A stretch of DNA of 64,000 nucleotides from Felis catus (Eukaryota). Position 1 is the first letter of the stretch. Every line of letters begins with the position of its first letter. The notes below the pieces were generated by a model that worked only from the letters and a program-made list of their open reading frames with translations, ran no database searches and was not told the origin of the DNA. The stretch spans positions 185,444,001 through 185,508,000 of the forward strand of contig NC_058368.1 in assembly GCF_018350175.1 (NCBI RefSeq). The letters are read 5' to 3'. Both the position numbers and the translations under genes were made by a program. Below, piece after piece: positions 38,442-51,146 of the stretch.

Positions 38442-40584
38442 CAGATTGCAGTTTCCAATATCTGTGTAATGAAGTGCTGACATGTTTTCAGCACAAGGTG
38501 CTAAATGGAGGTTTGTTTCACTAATTAGGTGGCAAAAATAATCAATTTCTTCATGATTAATGATGTCACAAATTATGCTGCGGACAAACCTGAAAAACTT
38601 TATTAACCAGTACTTTATGTCTTAGAGGGAGGAGTAAAAATGATAAAAGTCATGTTTTACTTCCTCTGGATAACTAATAAGAAAGGCTTAAATGTCTGGG
38701 ACCATCATAATATCTAGTAAAAGATGTGCTCTGTGCTTTTTTAGTTTTTAAAGTGTTAGCTTGTTAACATTTTATATGATTTAGGATCACAATGATGACG
38801 GCTTGAGTTTGATGTTTGCTTTAATGGCCGAGGATAGAAATGGATTATAAACATTTGTTAATCTTATTGTCATCTGAAATTTACTGGAGATTAATATGCC
38901 TGTGCTTTCTCTTAGCTAAATGAACTTGCATTTATTAAGTATGTTTTTGATGAATAGGACATCTTAGCTAATTGAATATGTTGATTAATAGGATAATTAC
39001 TGTACCCTTAAGATGAATTGAATACCATTCTAGAAATGTGTAACCAAGGCAAACTCACAGGATATACACATTGGTAATAGTTTTTAATGAAACCCTTCTG
39101 AATATCATATGAACCAAGGCCTCTTAATTTAGAACAAGTGGGGAGAACTACATAATATGTCCCCCAAATTGGATACCCTTATTTCAGACACTTACAAGTG
39201 ACCAGGACTGTTGAGATACTGGGGTGCCCTTAGGAAATGGTTCCTCCATTCTCTAGGAAATTGGGAGAGTTGTCCCTTCCATTCTACTCCCAGATCTTCC
39301 ATAATGGAAACTTCTTTTGTCTTTGGTCATCCAGAGTCCTCCACGTTTTTCCCCTCTGTTTTTCCCTGGCTTTTCCACAAACTCTGGTTTTGTAAAAGTA
39401 CGAGTCCATGATCTAGATAGGAAATAAAAGGAAAGCATCAGGATGAATGATTTGTTTTGTATTAAGGGGAGACACAGTCACTTTTTAGTCAAGGATGTAT
39501 ACTTAGGCTAGTGCTTTCTTTGATTCTTTTTTTTCTATTTTGGAATAGGTTGAAGGAAGGGGAACACTGGGGGATATATCTGAGATATGACCCTGACACA
39601 CAATTATGAAGCACCTAACAGAGCACCTAGTGCTCAATATGTAAAAAAAATAAAAGGTATCCATTGTTAAAAATACTAGTGATCATGATGAAATGATATA
39701 GGACAGACTACATATGCCGAAATGATATGGGATTGGCTATACATAGTAAAATAATATGCCATGCAGAGACAAATGTTGTGGGTTTTATATATATTTATAT
39801 AATATATATATTTATATATATATGGTTTAGGAATTCAGGGAATGAATAGATTACATCTAAATGGATTGATTGTGTGCATTGGTATAAAGAAGAGCATGTT
39901 AGTGAGCAGAGGGAGCTAGGAAGAATATTCTTGAAGATTTTATGACCTAGGGATTTAGAAGCAGGGAGTGAACAAGTTTTGTATGAAGGGCATTGCCAAA
40001 GTGGCAATATGACTGAACTGGGAGGTTGTTTAGGTCATTTCCTTCCCACTGGACAGAGGAGGGCAAGACATGAGGGCAATTTGGCTATAGTATCTTCTAT
40101 TCCAGGACTGCTTAAACTATATTGGTGTCTAGATGGATGAGATCCTCTTTTATTATTTCTTAGGGGTCTTAACTGAAGCTGGACTTGGATGAAGAGGATG
40201 AACCATTTTTTGGTCAAAGTATTTCTCCAGGATAGGTCATTACTACAACAATGACCCTCAGCCTATGATTATCAGTACATGCAGTGGACTGCTCAGGTAT
40301 TATTGGGTCTGTGAGTTATTTTCAATGTCCTGGACCCCTGCTGGAGATCACATATTACCTGCTCTCAGTTTATAAATGTATAACATTTATAAATCTAAAA
40401 TCCAACAATTCTTCACTCTAGCTCATGACAATCTAAATTATGTAGAGGCATATCTCTTCATATGATTCAAAATATTCATAATACATGGAGTTTGAAAGAT
40501 ACTTTACAAAAATTCAATGTTCGGGATCCAGAAAAGGAATTAAAAGAAAGATAGCAGTAAAATTTGGGAAATTAGTAATTTATT

Positions 40585-40722
40585 CATGATTTCATTCAGT
40601 CAAAAATTTATTCCACAAAAACTTATAGAGCCCTTCCTTTGTGCTAGGGATTTTGCCTAGCATTGAGAACTCCAATATGAATAAGGTGAAGAGCCTTGCT
40701 ATCGGTTAACTTAGAGTCAGTC
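40585..40722 (-). mobile_element. L2 3' end fragment
   Basis: ttcattcagtc...ttatagagcccttcctttgtgctaggg. Confidence 0.5.
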
Positions 40723-41574
40723 TTTTTAGATAAATGACTCATTACTGTATCTTAAAATCATTTAGCTTTATGTATGCTTACCACAACTGAGTCTGCCTTG
40801 GATTTATCTCTGGAGGGAAGAGGAATAAATTCATTGAAAAACATGTCAATAGTCAGTATTTTCAGACACACTGTTAAAAAGCGTTAAGATCTGTTGTCTG
40901 AGTTTCCACTAGGTGCTTTGTTTAACTAATAGCACTTGTGTATTTTCAACAAAAGTACCCCCTCCCCCCAAAGAAATTCAATTGGGTAGAATTACTCTCA
41001 CTTTCTTCAGTGAGATAAAGGAAGAGTTGTCAAAGTAATTATGTGTGGTTTTGTGTATGTCTGTGTATACACATGTGCCTTTGTGCCTACTTATGGATTC
41101 CTGGGTTTCCTGGCTGCTTTGATGTGGTTACTCTAATAAAAGAGATGGGTGTTGACTGGGACAGTAAGGCTGCAAAAGCCACCCAGAAAATTGCACAATT
41201 ACTTTTTGTACCTTGTTTAAAACAGTGTCCTGAACCTATAGGAATCTACGTTAGAAATCAACAAATGCTCAGGCTTGAAAAACTCATCCTCTTTTCTCTT
41301 ATGCTTTGTCTTCTCTTCTTTTATCGAAATTAGTGTGACAAGCACTTAGACATGAACATTTAAAAATACCTTTTATCATTTCAATTAATCTGCCTAATTT
41401 CAAGAACAAGTTTTCCAATTTTCAAAAATTTAATTGCCTATTGTTCCAGCTCTAATGTGGCAAAATGCAAGGAGTCTTTGGGCTAAACTGCTTTAGATAG
41501 CTGTGAAGGCCTTATGAAAGACTAGGGGAAACTAGGGCTTTCCCTGTGTCACTCTGTCACCACACTTCCAAAAA

Positions 41575-42120
41575 AGAGCTTAGCATCAGTTAGAGCACTT
41601 TCAAAATCACTATTTTAAAGCACCACTAATAGTGGCTTCCATATTACAGGCGGTTATTCACTTCATATGGCAAAAACTCTGGTGATCATTGGTTCCAAGG
41701 TTGGTGGCTCACTGACAGTTATGGTGCAGTATCTCTGTGTTTTTCTTGGCCCTTCTTTCACAATTGGGAGTTGGTGACAGCAGCCCTCTGCTTGAGGTCC
41801 TTCTAGAATGGAATCTCACACAGGGAGTTAAAGTAGGTGGAAATAAAAGTTTTTTTCTTGTATACTTTTGTTCAAGGAGGAAAATCTTTCCATGAAGCAC
41901 ATATTAGATTCACATTATTTTTCCTTGGCCAGAACTGAATTAATGTCTATCCAAAAACCAATTGTAGATAAGGAAAATATAATTTTAATGATTTGCTTAG
42001 ACCAATCAGAATTCAGTTCCTAGGGGAGGGCACATGGCTACTCAAACAAAATTGGAATCCTGTTAGTGAGGAAGAAAAGAGAAATGGCTATTGTGTAGGC
42101 AACTAAGCATGTCTGCTGTT
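41575..42120 (-). mobile_element. MLT1K/L-like LTR
   Basis: ttggccagaactg...ttagaccaatcag...aaattggaatcctgttagtgaggaagaa...gtaggcaac. Confidence 0.6.
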
Positions 42121-42234
42121 TGGTTCTGATCTAAACAAATGACTTTCTTCAGTTGTCAAATTTTTAATTCTTTACTCATATGTCATACCATTAGCATGGT
42201 ATGTAGTTTCACATCTTTGCAAGAAGTGAACACC

Positions 42235-42365
42235 TGAATTATCTTGTTTGTTCTTCACAACCACCCAGACAGGAAAATAGAAATGAATATCATCATCATT
42301 GCCTTACTGATGAGGGAACTGAAGTTTAGCTGGGTGAGGCAGTCTGCCCAGAGCTACAGAGCTTA
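42235..42365 (-). mobile_element. MIR fragment
   Basis: tcttcacaaccaccc...ttactgatgagggaactgaag...ctgcccagagctacag. Confidence 0.6.
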
Positions 42366-42981
42366 AAAGAAAACAACAACAACAACAAAAAAGGTAATGT
42401 TTTAACAACAACAAGAAAAGGTAAGGGTTTTACTCTAAATCTTCTGCCATCTGATGCTCCTTTTGAAGAAAGTCCTTGGGTGTCCTCTTTGATTATAACA
42501 AAATGTGCTTTGTCTTCACAATAACCATGGTCGTATGCCTGTGAAGAGCACAGGAAGTGCTTGGCGTTCTCTTCACCTCATGCTACCAAGGTATTATGAC
42601 ACTATAAAGTCTCATAAGATCACGAGCCCTTCCTTCATTAATCTGAGAATAATTTATTAACCACCAACTCTAACAAACACTGTATTAAGTTATGGACATA
42701 GCATGGCAGACGAAATATTCATGGTTCCTGGAATTTAGAATCTGAAAAAGATGACAGAATATTGAATAATCTATCTTGGTAAAGTGACACACAGGCTCTG
42801 AAGGGGGAAGCAGAGGTGAGTTGAAAGTATTTAGTCAAAGCATCAAGTCAAGTCATTGGGAAAGGTGAAGTTTAGAAAAATGTTCCAGAGGAATTGCTAC
42901 CTAATCTGATATATTCAAAGTTAAAAAGAGGGAGAAGACAGTGCTCAAATTGCAATACCTGCTCAGTAAACATTTAATGCC

Positions 42982-43325
42982 TTTTAAAAACAGCTTCATT
43001 GAGATATAATTTGCATTACATATCATTCTCCCACTTACCATATAGAGTTTTATGGTTTTTAGTATATTCTCAGAGTTGTACATCCATCACCACATTACCT
43101 GTTTATTGGTGTTTTTTTGAAGCAAAACTGTTTTAATTTTGATGATGTCTCTTTATCAGTTTGTTTTTGTTGTTGCTGGTACATATTTTGTGGTCATGAA
43201 GATTTATGTATATGTTTGCTTCTAAGGTTTTATAGTTTTAAGATTGTATGTTTTTTTCAAATAGCTCTCATATTTAGGTCTTTGATTATATTTTGTGATA
43301 ATTTTTGTATGTGGTATGAGTTGAA
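42982..43325 (-). mobile_element. Old L1 (L1MB-like) fragments
   Basis: aacagcttcattgagatataatt...tattctcagagttgtaca, then ORF2 block gttttaattttgatga...atttaggtctttgat. Confidence 0.75.
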
Positions 43326-43357
43326 TGCCTTTTGAATGATTCTTCTTCATGTGAATG

Positions 43358-43552
43358 AGTGCTCTTCAAAATGTGTCTATGGTCCAATAACATTAGCATG
43401 ATCTGGAAAGTTTGTTAGAAATGCAAATACAGTACTCAGTTTATATTCCAGACATGTTTAGTTAGAGTGTCTGGAGGGGTATAGCCCAAGAATTTGCATT
43501 TTCTTGAGTTCTCACGTGATTCTTACACACTCTCAAGTTTGCACAGTACTGC
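43358..43552. mobile_element. MER5-like hAT-Charlie DNA transposon
   Basis: tgttagaaatgcaaat...gcccaagaatttgcatttt...gtgattct...aagtttg. Confidence 0.7.
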
Positions 43553-43779
43553 CTTAGAAAGTTGCAGACAAATTGCTTTCCACTCCCACTAATTGACTGT
43601 AGCCCTAACATGGGAAGCTATCACTGTAGTAGAAATTGGTAGCCCTCCTTTTATTTTAAAATGACAGATAGCAATTGTCAGCATTCAGCATCTCACACTG
43701 TTTCAAATCAGAAGAGCTCAGAGATCACTTTGTCCAAAAATTGCATTTTACACAGGAGAGTGCTAACATCCAGAGAATG

Positions 43780-44072
43780 CAGTTGACTTTTGAACAATAT
43801 AGGGGTTAGGGGTTTTGGCCTCTCATGCAGTGAAAATTCCATATATAACTTTTGACTGTCCCTAAACTTAACTGCTAATGGCATACTGTTGACTGAAAGC
43901 CTTACCAATAAAATAAACATTGTATTATAAACTGTATTCTTATAGTAAAGCAAACTAGAAAAAAGAAAATGTTATTAAGAAAATATAAGGAAAAGAAAGT
44001 ATATTTAAAGAAAAGTAAAAATCTGCATATAAGTGGACACATGCAATTCAAACCCGTGTTAAGAATCAACTG
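43780..44072. mobile_element. Tigger2-derived non-autonomous element (Tigger2a/MER8/MER28-like)
   Basis: TIRs cagttga...tcaactg followed by TA; ataacttttgact, ctgttgactgaaagccttacc, tataagtggacacatgcaattcaaacccgtgtt. Confidence 0.85.
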
Positions 44073-44177
44073 TATTTTCATATGGCTCAAATTTATCCTA
44101 GTAAAATTTATTCTAGTAAAACATATCTGTAGACTAACAAAGACCTGTGGACTCTAATTTTGTGTCCTCTGATTTAT

Positions 44178-44180
<3 letters not shown>

Positions 44181-44213
<33 letters not shown>
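44181..44213. repeat. (AC)n microsatellite
   Basis: Seen directly. Confidence 0.95.
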
Positions 44214-44217
<4 letters not shown>

Positions 44218-45179
44218 TCAGGTATTAAAAATTTCCTTCAAAGATATTAGGACATAAACAAAGAGAAAATAATATTCCTTGATGAAGGTCTGTTCTGGGA
44301 AAAAACAGTTATTTTATAAATTTTCTTTAATCTGAAAACTACTAACATATGATAATATAATATATACAGTTCTAGGTTTATCACAGCTTAGCACTATATT
44401 CTCTAATATGGTTAGCTATTTATCTCAGCATTTTCTGAATCCATTTCTAGTTAGCAAGCATCACAGCAGTAAATCAATCTCAAGAAAGGCAATTTCAGAG
44501 TATGTAATTTTAGTTGCATACTTTTGAAGGATAAAAATATTTAAAATATTGAAGAAAATTAGACTAATGCATGAATTATAGGATACATGGAATTCTTTGA
44601 ATAGGAGATTACAAGTAACCTATGTTTTAAGACATGTATCATTTGGTAACTCTTAAAATAATTCTGTGAGACTAGATAGTTATGAATACTCCCTTTTTTC
44701 TCTATGTCCACCACTTGCAAACACCCACACAAACTCACATGTATGCTACAAGTACGCCATGAAAATTACCCGCTCTCCTGTGTCTAGAATATATACTATC
44801 CTGGTCTCTTATATAATTCTACAAAAAATCTGTATTATCAGGTCTCTCTTTACTCTGTTTGGTCTTACAGTTGGAACTTTTGGACATAAAGATTATTATA
44901 ATTTCAGGTTAAGAAAAAAGCTATGTGTTGATTGGTATTCATGTCATGTCTTTTGGGGAAATTTAAATTTTTCTTTACTTTTTAAGACAGAAATGCAAAT
45001 CGTTATTGCACCAAGGGGAAGATTCTATCTTACTTGAGAATGGTTTCTCCATTGCCAAAGATAACTAGCACAGTACAGTTGTTCCTACCAGGCAGAGATT
45101 GAATCTTGAGATTGTAATTTATATGGTTTACATTTATATAAATATTTGTGTTTCTCCATGGAGATGAGATGTGTTTGAG

Positions 45180-45385
45180 AACTTGAACTCTGTATCTACA
45201 TAGATGTGGGTTCAAGTACTGGCTCCACTAGCGCTGTAACTCTGGGCAAGTAACAGTTCTTTCTAAGCCACCCTCTCTCCCTCTGTAACACTGAGGTAAT
45301 GTGGATACCTAAGTTGGATACCTAACTCATAAAGTTATTTTGAGGACAAACTGAAATTATGCAAATACAGGGTCTAGTATGTTAT
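45180..45385 (+). mobile_element. MIR
   Basis: gggttcaagtactggctccacta...ctgtaactctgggcaagt...acctaactcataaagttattttgagga. Confidence 0.65.
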
Positions 45386-47285
45386 TATTGCTAGAGTCTT
45401 TGTTTCATGTTTTACTAGGAAGAACAATCAAGGAGAAGCTTATTTGAAGAAATTGAAGTAAAGAATTATGGTAATTTTTGTTATTAAAAACTCTAGTTTC
45501 CCTTAACATATATAACTCTATAGAGACACCACTTAACATCATCCTGATACTGAAGAGATATCGGATATATCACTGTATTTTATGTTGCCTTGTTATTAGT
45601 TTTATAGGAAATCTATTTTGTGCAGATCTTAAATCCCAAGTTAACCAGTGTGTTACAACATCTCATTACAGGGCTCAATTTGTTTGCAGGATAGAGAATG
45701 TCAGCATAAAAACTCCCACCTAGAGAAATATGAGAAAAATATGAACAATGTAGAGTGACATGAATATCTGTCAGTGTTTTTTCAGAAAATCATGAATTTA
45801 TGCATCCAGATAAGTCAATTAAACCCATAAAACCATATTATACCTCAACATTAATCATAGAAGCTCTGAAGATGATGACCTAAAAGAGTACCAAGTTCTA
45901 AATGAAATCTTCGGAGAACATACTCATCCCCTCTCATGCCTTTATTTTACTTTTATAATGATAAGTGATGTGGGGTTAATTATTTTCTACTTGAGCCAAA
46001 TTGGAGATCCCAGTTTCATTTCTTTATTTAAGTCTGGTCCCAAGTACCCAGAGAAGTTGTCTTTCCAAGGGCATAGTTGACTTCCTACCTCTCAACTGAT
46101 TTACATTTTTCAATGCCTAACCTGTATAGAGTAGCATTAGCTTGGCAGTTAAGACACATTTTTGTCTCTTCTTTCCTTTCTGGATCCTACTGAGAGAAAC
46201 ATCTAGAAACCCCACGAGAATAGAAGGAAGATAAGCTCTTTATTGTGGTTTGGCTGATGACTGCTGTTTTTAGAATCCCAGTTCCCATGGGCAAAATGCA
46301 AAGAGAAAATTGTACTTAAAAAATAGTGTTCCATGTGATGTGTGGAAAAGTTTGGAAATCCACCTGGGTCCCATGGGAAATTAAAGAGCAGGAAAAATTG
46401 GACCAAAGAGATTAAGACAATTTTTAGATTACAAACACTTTCTGGGAAAGGATTCAAACCAATTCAAATAAGTAGCACAGAGGAGAACAAGGGAGGATTC
46501 AAGGACGACTGGGTAAAACTAAATTGCAGGGTTAGGTTAATTGGTATGGGCGGTAAGGCTTCCTATCAGGTTTAAGCAGTGAGCGTGTCTAAATAATGCT
46601 GAGAAAATTGAGTTAGAGAGTGTACACACAACACTTAGGAACTATGATGATTGCATTTCTGCTTAAACCAGAGATCTAGCTAACGGAAATCATTTTCCTA
46701 TTTATTCACATGTGCAGGAGAGAAAGGACATCTAGAATTAAATCTGAAGGCAAGCTCATGAGCCTGAGTTTGATGTCTGCAACTCTGATGCAATGATGCT
46801 GGGTGCAGATCTTTTTAAAGCTACTTTCATTTACTTAGCTTCTCACTTATGACAAGTAAAATTTAAACAGTGAAAGTACATAAGCTCAAGTGTGGGAGGT
46901 TGGAGATGCAAACAATCATTTTTCTAAAATGTAGTATGTAACAGTGATGTCAAAGTTGATTTTATAAATTTTTGTTTAGTTTTTCATTTTTCTCCCTCTT
47001 AAAGGGTACATATTTGCTAAATTAATTATTTAAACCTGGCATTTTTTACTTTAAAAAATTGGTTTAGCTTACTTGGAAAGGAAAATGCTGAGATATTTTC
47101 ATAAGGTTATTTTAATGCTATTAAAAAAGCAAATAGAAAATGTAGGGAATTTTAGATAATCAGTTAGTGTTTGTAAATGTAGCATCAACATTCTTTTCCA
47201 TGCCCTTCAACAGCACATACAATTCCTTTTGCCTAATATCTGGCACCATTAAATGTAGTCAACTCCATCCTCTAAACCTAATAGT

Positions 47286-47710
47286 ATATCAGTCAGGGTG
47301 CTTGGGTTTTTAGTGTCGTTACTGCAAACAGCTGAAACCATCTTTAGCTATTCTTCGAAAAAGGTAAATTTAATAAGAAGCTTTTTTGGAATTCACAGAG
47401 TAACATAAAGGCTGGAGAATCAAACCTGTAAGGTACGCATGTGGACAGGAGGGTTAGAGGGTAGGAAGCATATACTGTATTGAAGGGAGCAGGTGCTCTT
47501 GCTCTTGACCTCACAATCAAGTAAATAAAAGTAGATGTGGAAGTCTGTGATTGGTCCATATACTGGCATATGGCTGCCAGCAAAGTAGGGAGAATGACGA
47601 TTAAGGATTCTACAGCCTTCCTCTGTCCAGCTTCCTATAGAGACATGATGTAAGGTATCCCACCAATTATATTTGCAAAGGAGAATTCCCCTCAAGAAGA
47701 AAGGGCATTG
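47286..47710 (-). mobile_element. Old MLT1 LTR (L/M/N-like)
   Basis: atatcagtcagggt...ctgcaaacagctgaaacc...gtgattggtcc. Confidence 0.45.
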
Positions 47711-49019
47711 CATATGGGGTACAAGAACACACTCATACATACACATACACACACATCTGGGCAATGTATATGATATAGTTAGTGTTCAGAAACTACTTAT
47801 TTGTTTATTTATTGCCATCAAGATTGGTAAGACTAAATGAATCTAATTTAGCAAAAACAGTTATCTAAAATGACTTGGTAATAAAGGTTTGTTACAGCTA
47901 GTCACAGATACAGAGTGAGTTCAGGAATCTGTTTTCTGTGAATTTTAAATTGACACAAAATAAATAGTGTTTCTGGTAGAACCTTCTTGAAAAGGCTGAG
48001 GAAGAATCATAATTTGCAAAAGTGACATGCTTTAAAGAATTTAATACTAACTTGACTTTGAAAACTGGATCTAACAATAAACCATGAATAAGGCAAGAGA
48101 ATTATGTCAGTTAGGCCCATCATCCAGTGAGTTTAAAAGAAAAGAAAAGAAAAAGTCTTTCTTTTAAACCAGGATAGAGAGTGCAAAGATATATTCTGGA
48201 TAACTTAACTATTTACTATTCTAGCCAGTATCTAATATAAAATGGAAGTAGTATCAATGAGCAATAATTATTGGTGTGTGACTTTTATGTTCTTTCTTTT
48301 TTTCGTTTAATTTCTATTGGCATTCATTTTTAAGAGATGTGGGTCTCTAATTTTACTCATCATTCAAAGTTTTGGACAAGTGGCCACAATTAGATATTTA
48401 AGTTTTCTTTAGTTCCATGTGATCTGCAACAAAAGAAGAAAGAGTGAAAAATTGAAGAATAAAAAAATGCTTGGTGATGCCAAATGAATGATTTAAACTC
48501 AATACAGTGTTTAAACTCTGAACTTTTATTGTTGTCTCTGTTGCTCTCATTTTAAACTGTTTTCAAGGCTTGCCTAAGAACATTTAATTTTAATCTTCTA
48601 AAGAAAAAAAACTGCATATTTCATTAAATGAAAAATATGCATGATTTCCATCTGAATTACTCTATGAATTTATTTCACTGGAATGCAATATAAAATCATT
48701 ACACTTATTTCTTATGCAAATGTATCAAAATTGACAATTTTTGTTTGCTTATAATTCACTGAACACTTAGTCATGTAAATAGGAAAAAAGTGACTTGATA
48801 TAAAAACAAAAACAAAGTAGGAATTAAACTGGCAATTTCCAAATGCAGAGCTAAATTCTTTCAAATGAAAGTCCCGGGATGAGTGGCAGAAACACATTGG
48901 AGGCAAAGCTATATTCTACTCTTTTAGTACCTGAGCTGTGGATTGTGGTAACTTAGATCCCCTGTGAAGTGCCATTAGCTCCTTCAAAGTCTCTATTAGC
49001 ACATTTGATGTTGTCTATG

Positions 49020-49470
49020 TAACTAATTGTTCTTGGTTGAGAACAACCAAAGCAGACTTTGGCTGAGAAAAGAGAGACAGAGTTTATTAAGAGGATATTG
49101 GGAGTTTATAGAATTGTTGGGGTGCTGGAAAACAAAACTCAAAGCTCTGCAGCTAGAAACCACATTTAAAACTAAATCTTAGAGCAAGGTTGTTAATAGA
49201 ATTGGCAATTTCACTGGGATTTACTATTTTCAGAACCTGTTACCGTTGCTATAGAAAGAGTTCCTTACCACTTTTGCTGCTCCAGTCACTAGCTCTGATG
49301 TGCTTAACTGGCTGAATCTAGGTCATATGTGTATGTGATAACAGTGAGGCCTAGGGAAGTGAGTATCCAGCATTTTCTAGCTTTTATGGTAGGAGATATT
49401 TGTAAGGTGAGGAACTCCCCCAACATGGGAAAGCAGTTCACTGTTCCAAAAACTGGAATACAGCACCATC
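49020..49470 (-). mobile_element. Old MLT1 LTR (M/N-like)
   Basis: agtttattaagaggatattggg...actggctgaatctaggtcatatg...ctagggaagtgagtatccagcatttt. Confidence 0.55.
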
Positions 49471-49731
49471 ACCTGCAGGGAATTCCAATGACACAAGGTA
49501 CAACCACAACCAAAGATACAATATTTTAAAACATGCTTCAAAAAAACATCAAGAAATTTCTCTCATCAGCCTTTCCCATGGCCTAAATACTTGAAAGGTA
49601 TATATTAAGCCCAGATTTGGAAGAAGGATCCATTAAGGATCTTGCCAGCATTAATCTTAAATAAATTTAAGTTCTTTCCCCTAGTTGGCAGAACAGAATG
49701 TAGGAAGGTTACATTTTGGCACATGGAGGAA

Positions 49732-49810
49732 TGTGGTAGTGAAAATTCTACAGACTGGTCACCCATCAGATTAACATCTCCTGATCTTGCAATGAAATAT
49801 TAATCTAAGC
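49732..49810 (+). mobile_element. MLT1E-like LTR, 5' part (split by L1 insertion)
   Basis: tgtggtagtgaaaattcta start; ends aaatattaatctaag, which resumes at ~60475 as aaatacctctaggtact. Confidence 0.65.
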
Positions 49811-50557
49811 TTTGAGCATTTTTATCATGAAAATTTGTTGAATTTTGTTAAAAACTCTTTATAGTGTATCATATGTATCAATTTGTCTATTTTGAAGTAA
49901 TGTAGACATCCTTGCATCCTTGCATCCCAGGAGTAAATACCACTTTATCATGGTGTATGATCACTTCGATGTACTGTTGAACTTGGTTTGTTAGTGTTTT
50001 GTTGTGGATTTTTGCATTTATGTTCATTAGGGATATTGGCCTATAATTTTCTTTTGTAGTGTGTTTGTCTGGGTTTAGTTGCAAGGTAATTCTGGGTCTT
50101 GTAATAATAGTTTGGAAGTGTTCTATCCTCTTTAATTTCTTGGAAGAGTTTGAGAAGGTTAGCATTAATTCTTTAAATGTTTGGCAGAATTCACTAGTGA
50201 AGCCATCTACTCCTGTGTTAAGTTTCTTTGATAGGAAGTTTTTGATTACTAATTTAGTCTCTTTACTGTTAATGGTATGTTTAGATTTTCTATTTCTTCA
50301 TGATTCCATGTTGGTAGGTTGTATGTTTCCAGGAACTTATTCATTTCTTCCAAATTATCTAATATATTGATGTATAATAGTTGTTAGTCTCTTGTGATCC
50401 ATTGCATTACTGTGGCATCAGTTGTAATGTTTCCTTTTTTTATTTCTAATTTCATTTGTATTTTCTCTTCTTATTTAGTGTACTTGAACATTTGCAAATT
50501 CTGCTTATCTGTTCAAAAAACCAGCTCTTCTTTTTACTGATCTTTTATATTGCTTTT
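49811..50557 (-). mobile_element. Inverted 5' segment of old L1 (ORF2 region)
   Basis: Minus-strand translation ...[46 protein letters not shown] (L1 ORF2 region leading into RT). Confidence 0.92.
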
Positions 50558-51146
50558 CTAGGTATAGAAAGAATGCACTTCAATATAGTAAAGACATACA
50601 TGACAAACCCACAGCTACAATTTATACTTACCAGGGAAAAACTGAAAGTTTTTCTTCCAAGATAAGGAACAATGGGTTATTCTATCCAACATAGTACTAC
50701 AAGTCTTATCCAGAGCAATTAGACAAGAGAGTAAAAAAAATAGGCATGGAAATCAGAAAGAAAGAAATAAAATTGTCTCTATTTACAGATGGCAGATTTT
50801 ATATATAGAAAACCCTCAATTTCACAAAAAAATCTTAGAATTAATAAATAAATTCAGTAAAATTACAGAATGCAAAATCAACATATATAGTATACAACAT
50901 ACACAAAGTCATTGTGATTCTATATACTATCAAGGAACTATCAAAAAAGGAAACTAAGAAAGCAATCTTATTTGTAATAGCATCTAAGAGAATAAAAGTA
51001 GTAAACTTAAGGAAATAAAAGTCGTGTACATTGAAAACTACAAAACTTTGATGAAAAAAATTTAAAAAAACATAAATAAATGGAAAGACATCACACATTC
51101 ATGGATTGGAAGACTTAATATTGTTAAAATGTCCATATTACCAATA
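50558..51146 (+). mobile_element. Old L1 (L1MA9-L1MB2-like) ORF2, non-inverted segment, part 1
   Basis: ctaggtatagaa...tgacaaacccacagcta...ctatttacagatggc...aaaatgtccatatta. Confidence 0.9.

Noticed and set aside
39140..39232. Possible MER81-like hAT fragment or SINE head (ggggtgccct)
   Set aside because: Too short and degenerate to call; no SINE body follows
44666..45037. 123-codon ORF
   Set aside because: Non-ATG start, AT-rich low-information composition, no domain or splice support
46786..46794. TGATGCAAT (C/EBP-ATF composite site)
   Set aside because: A single 9-mer is expected by chance in 64 kb of AT-rich DNA
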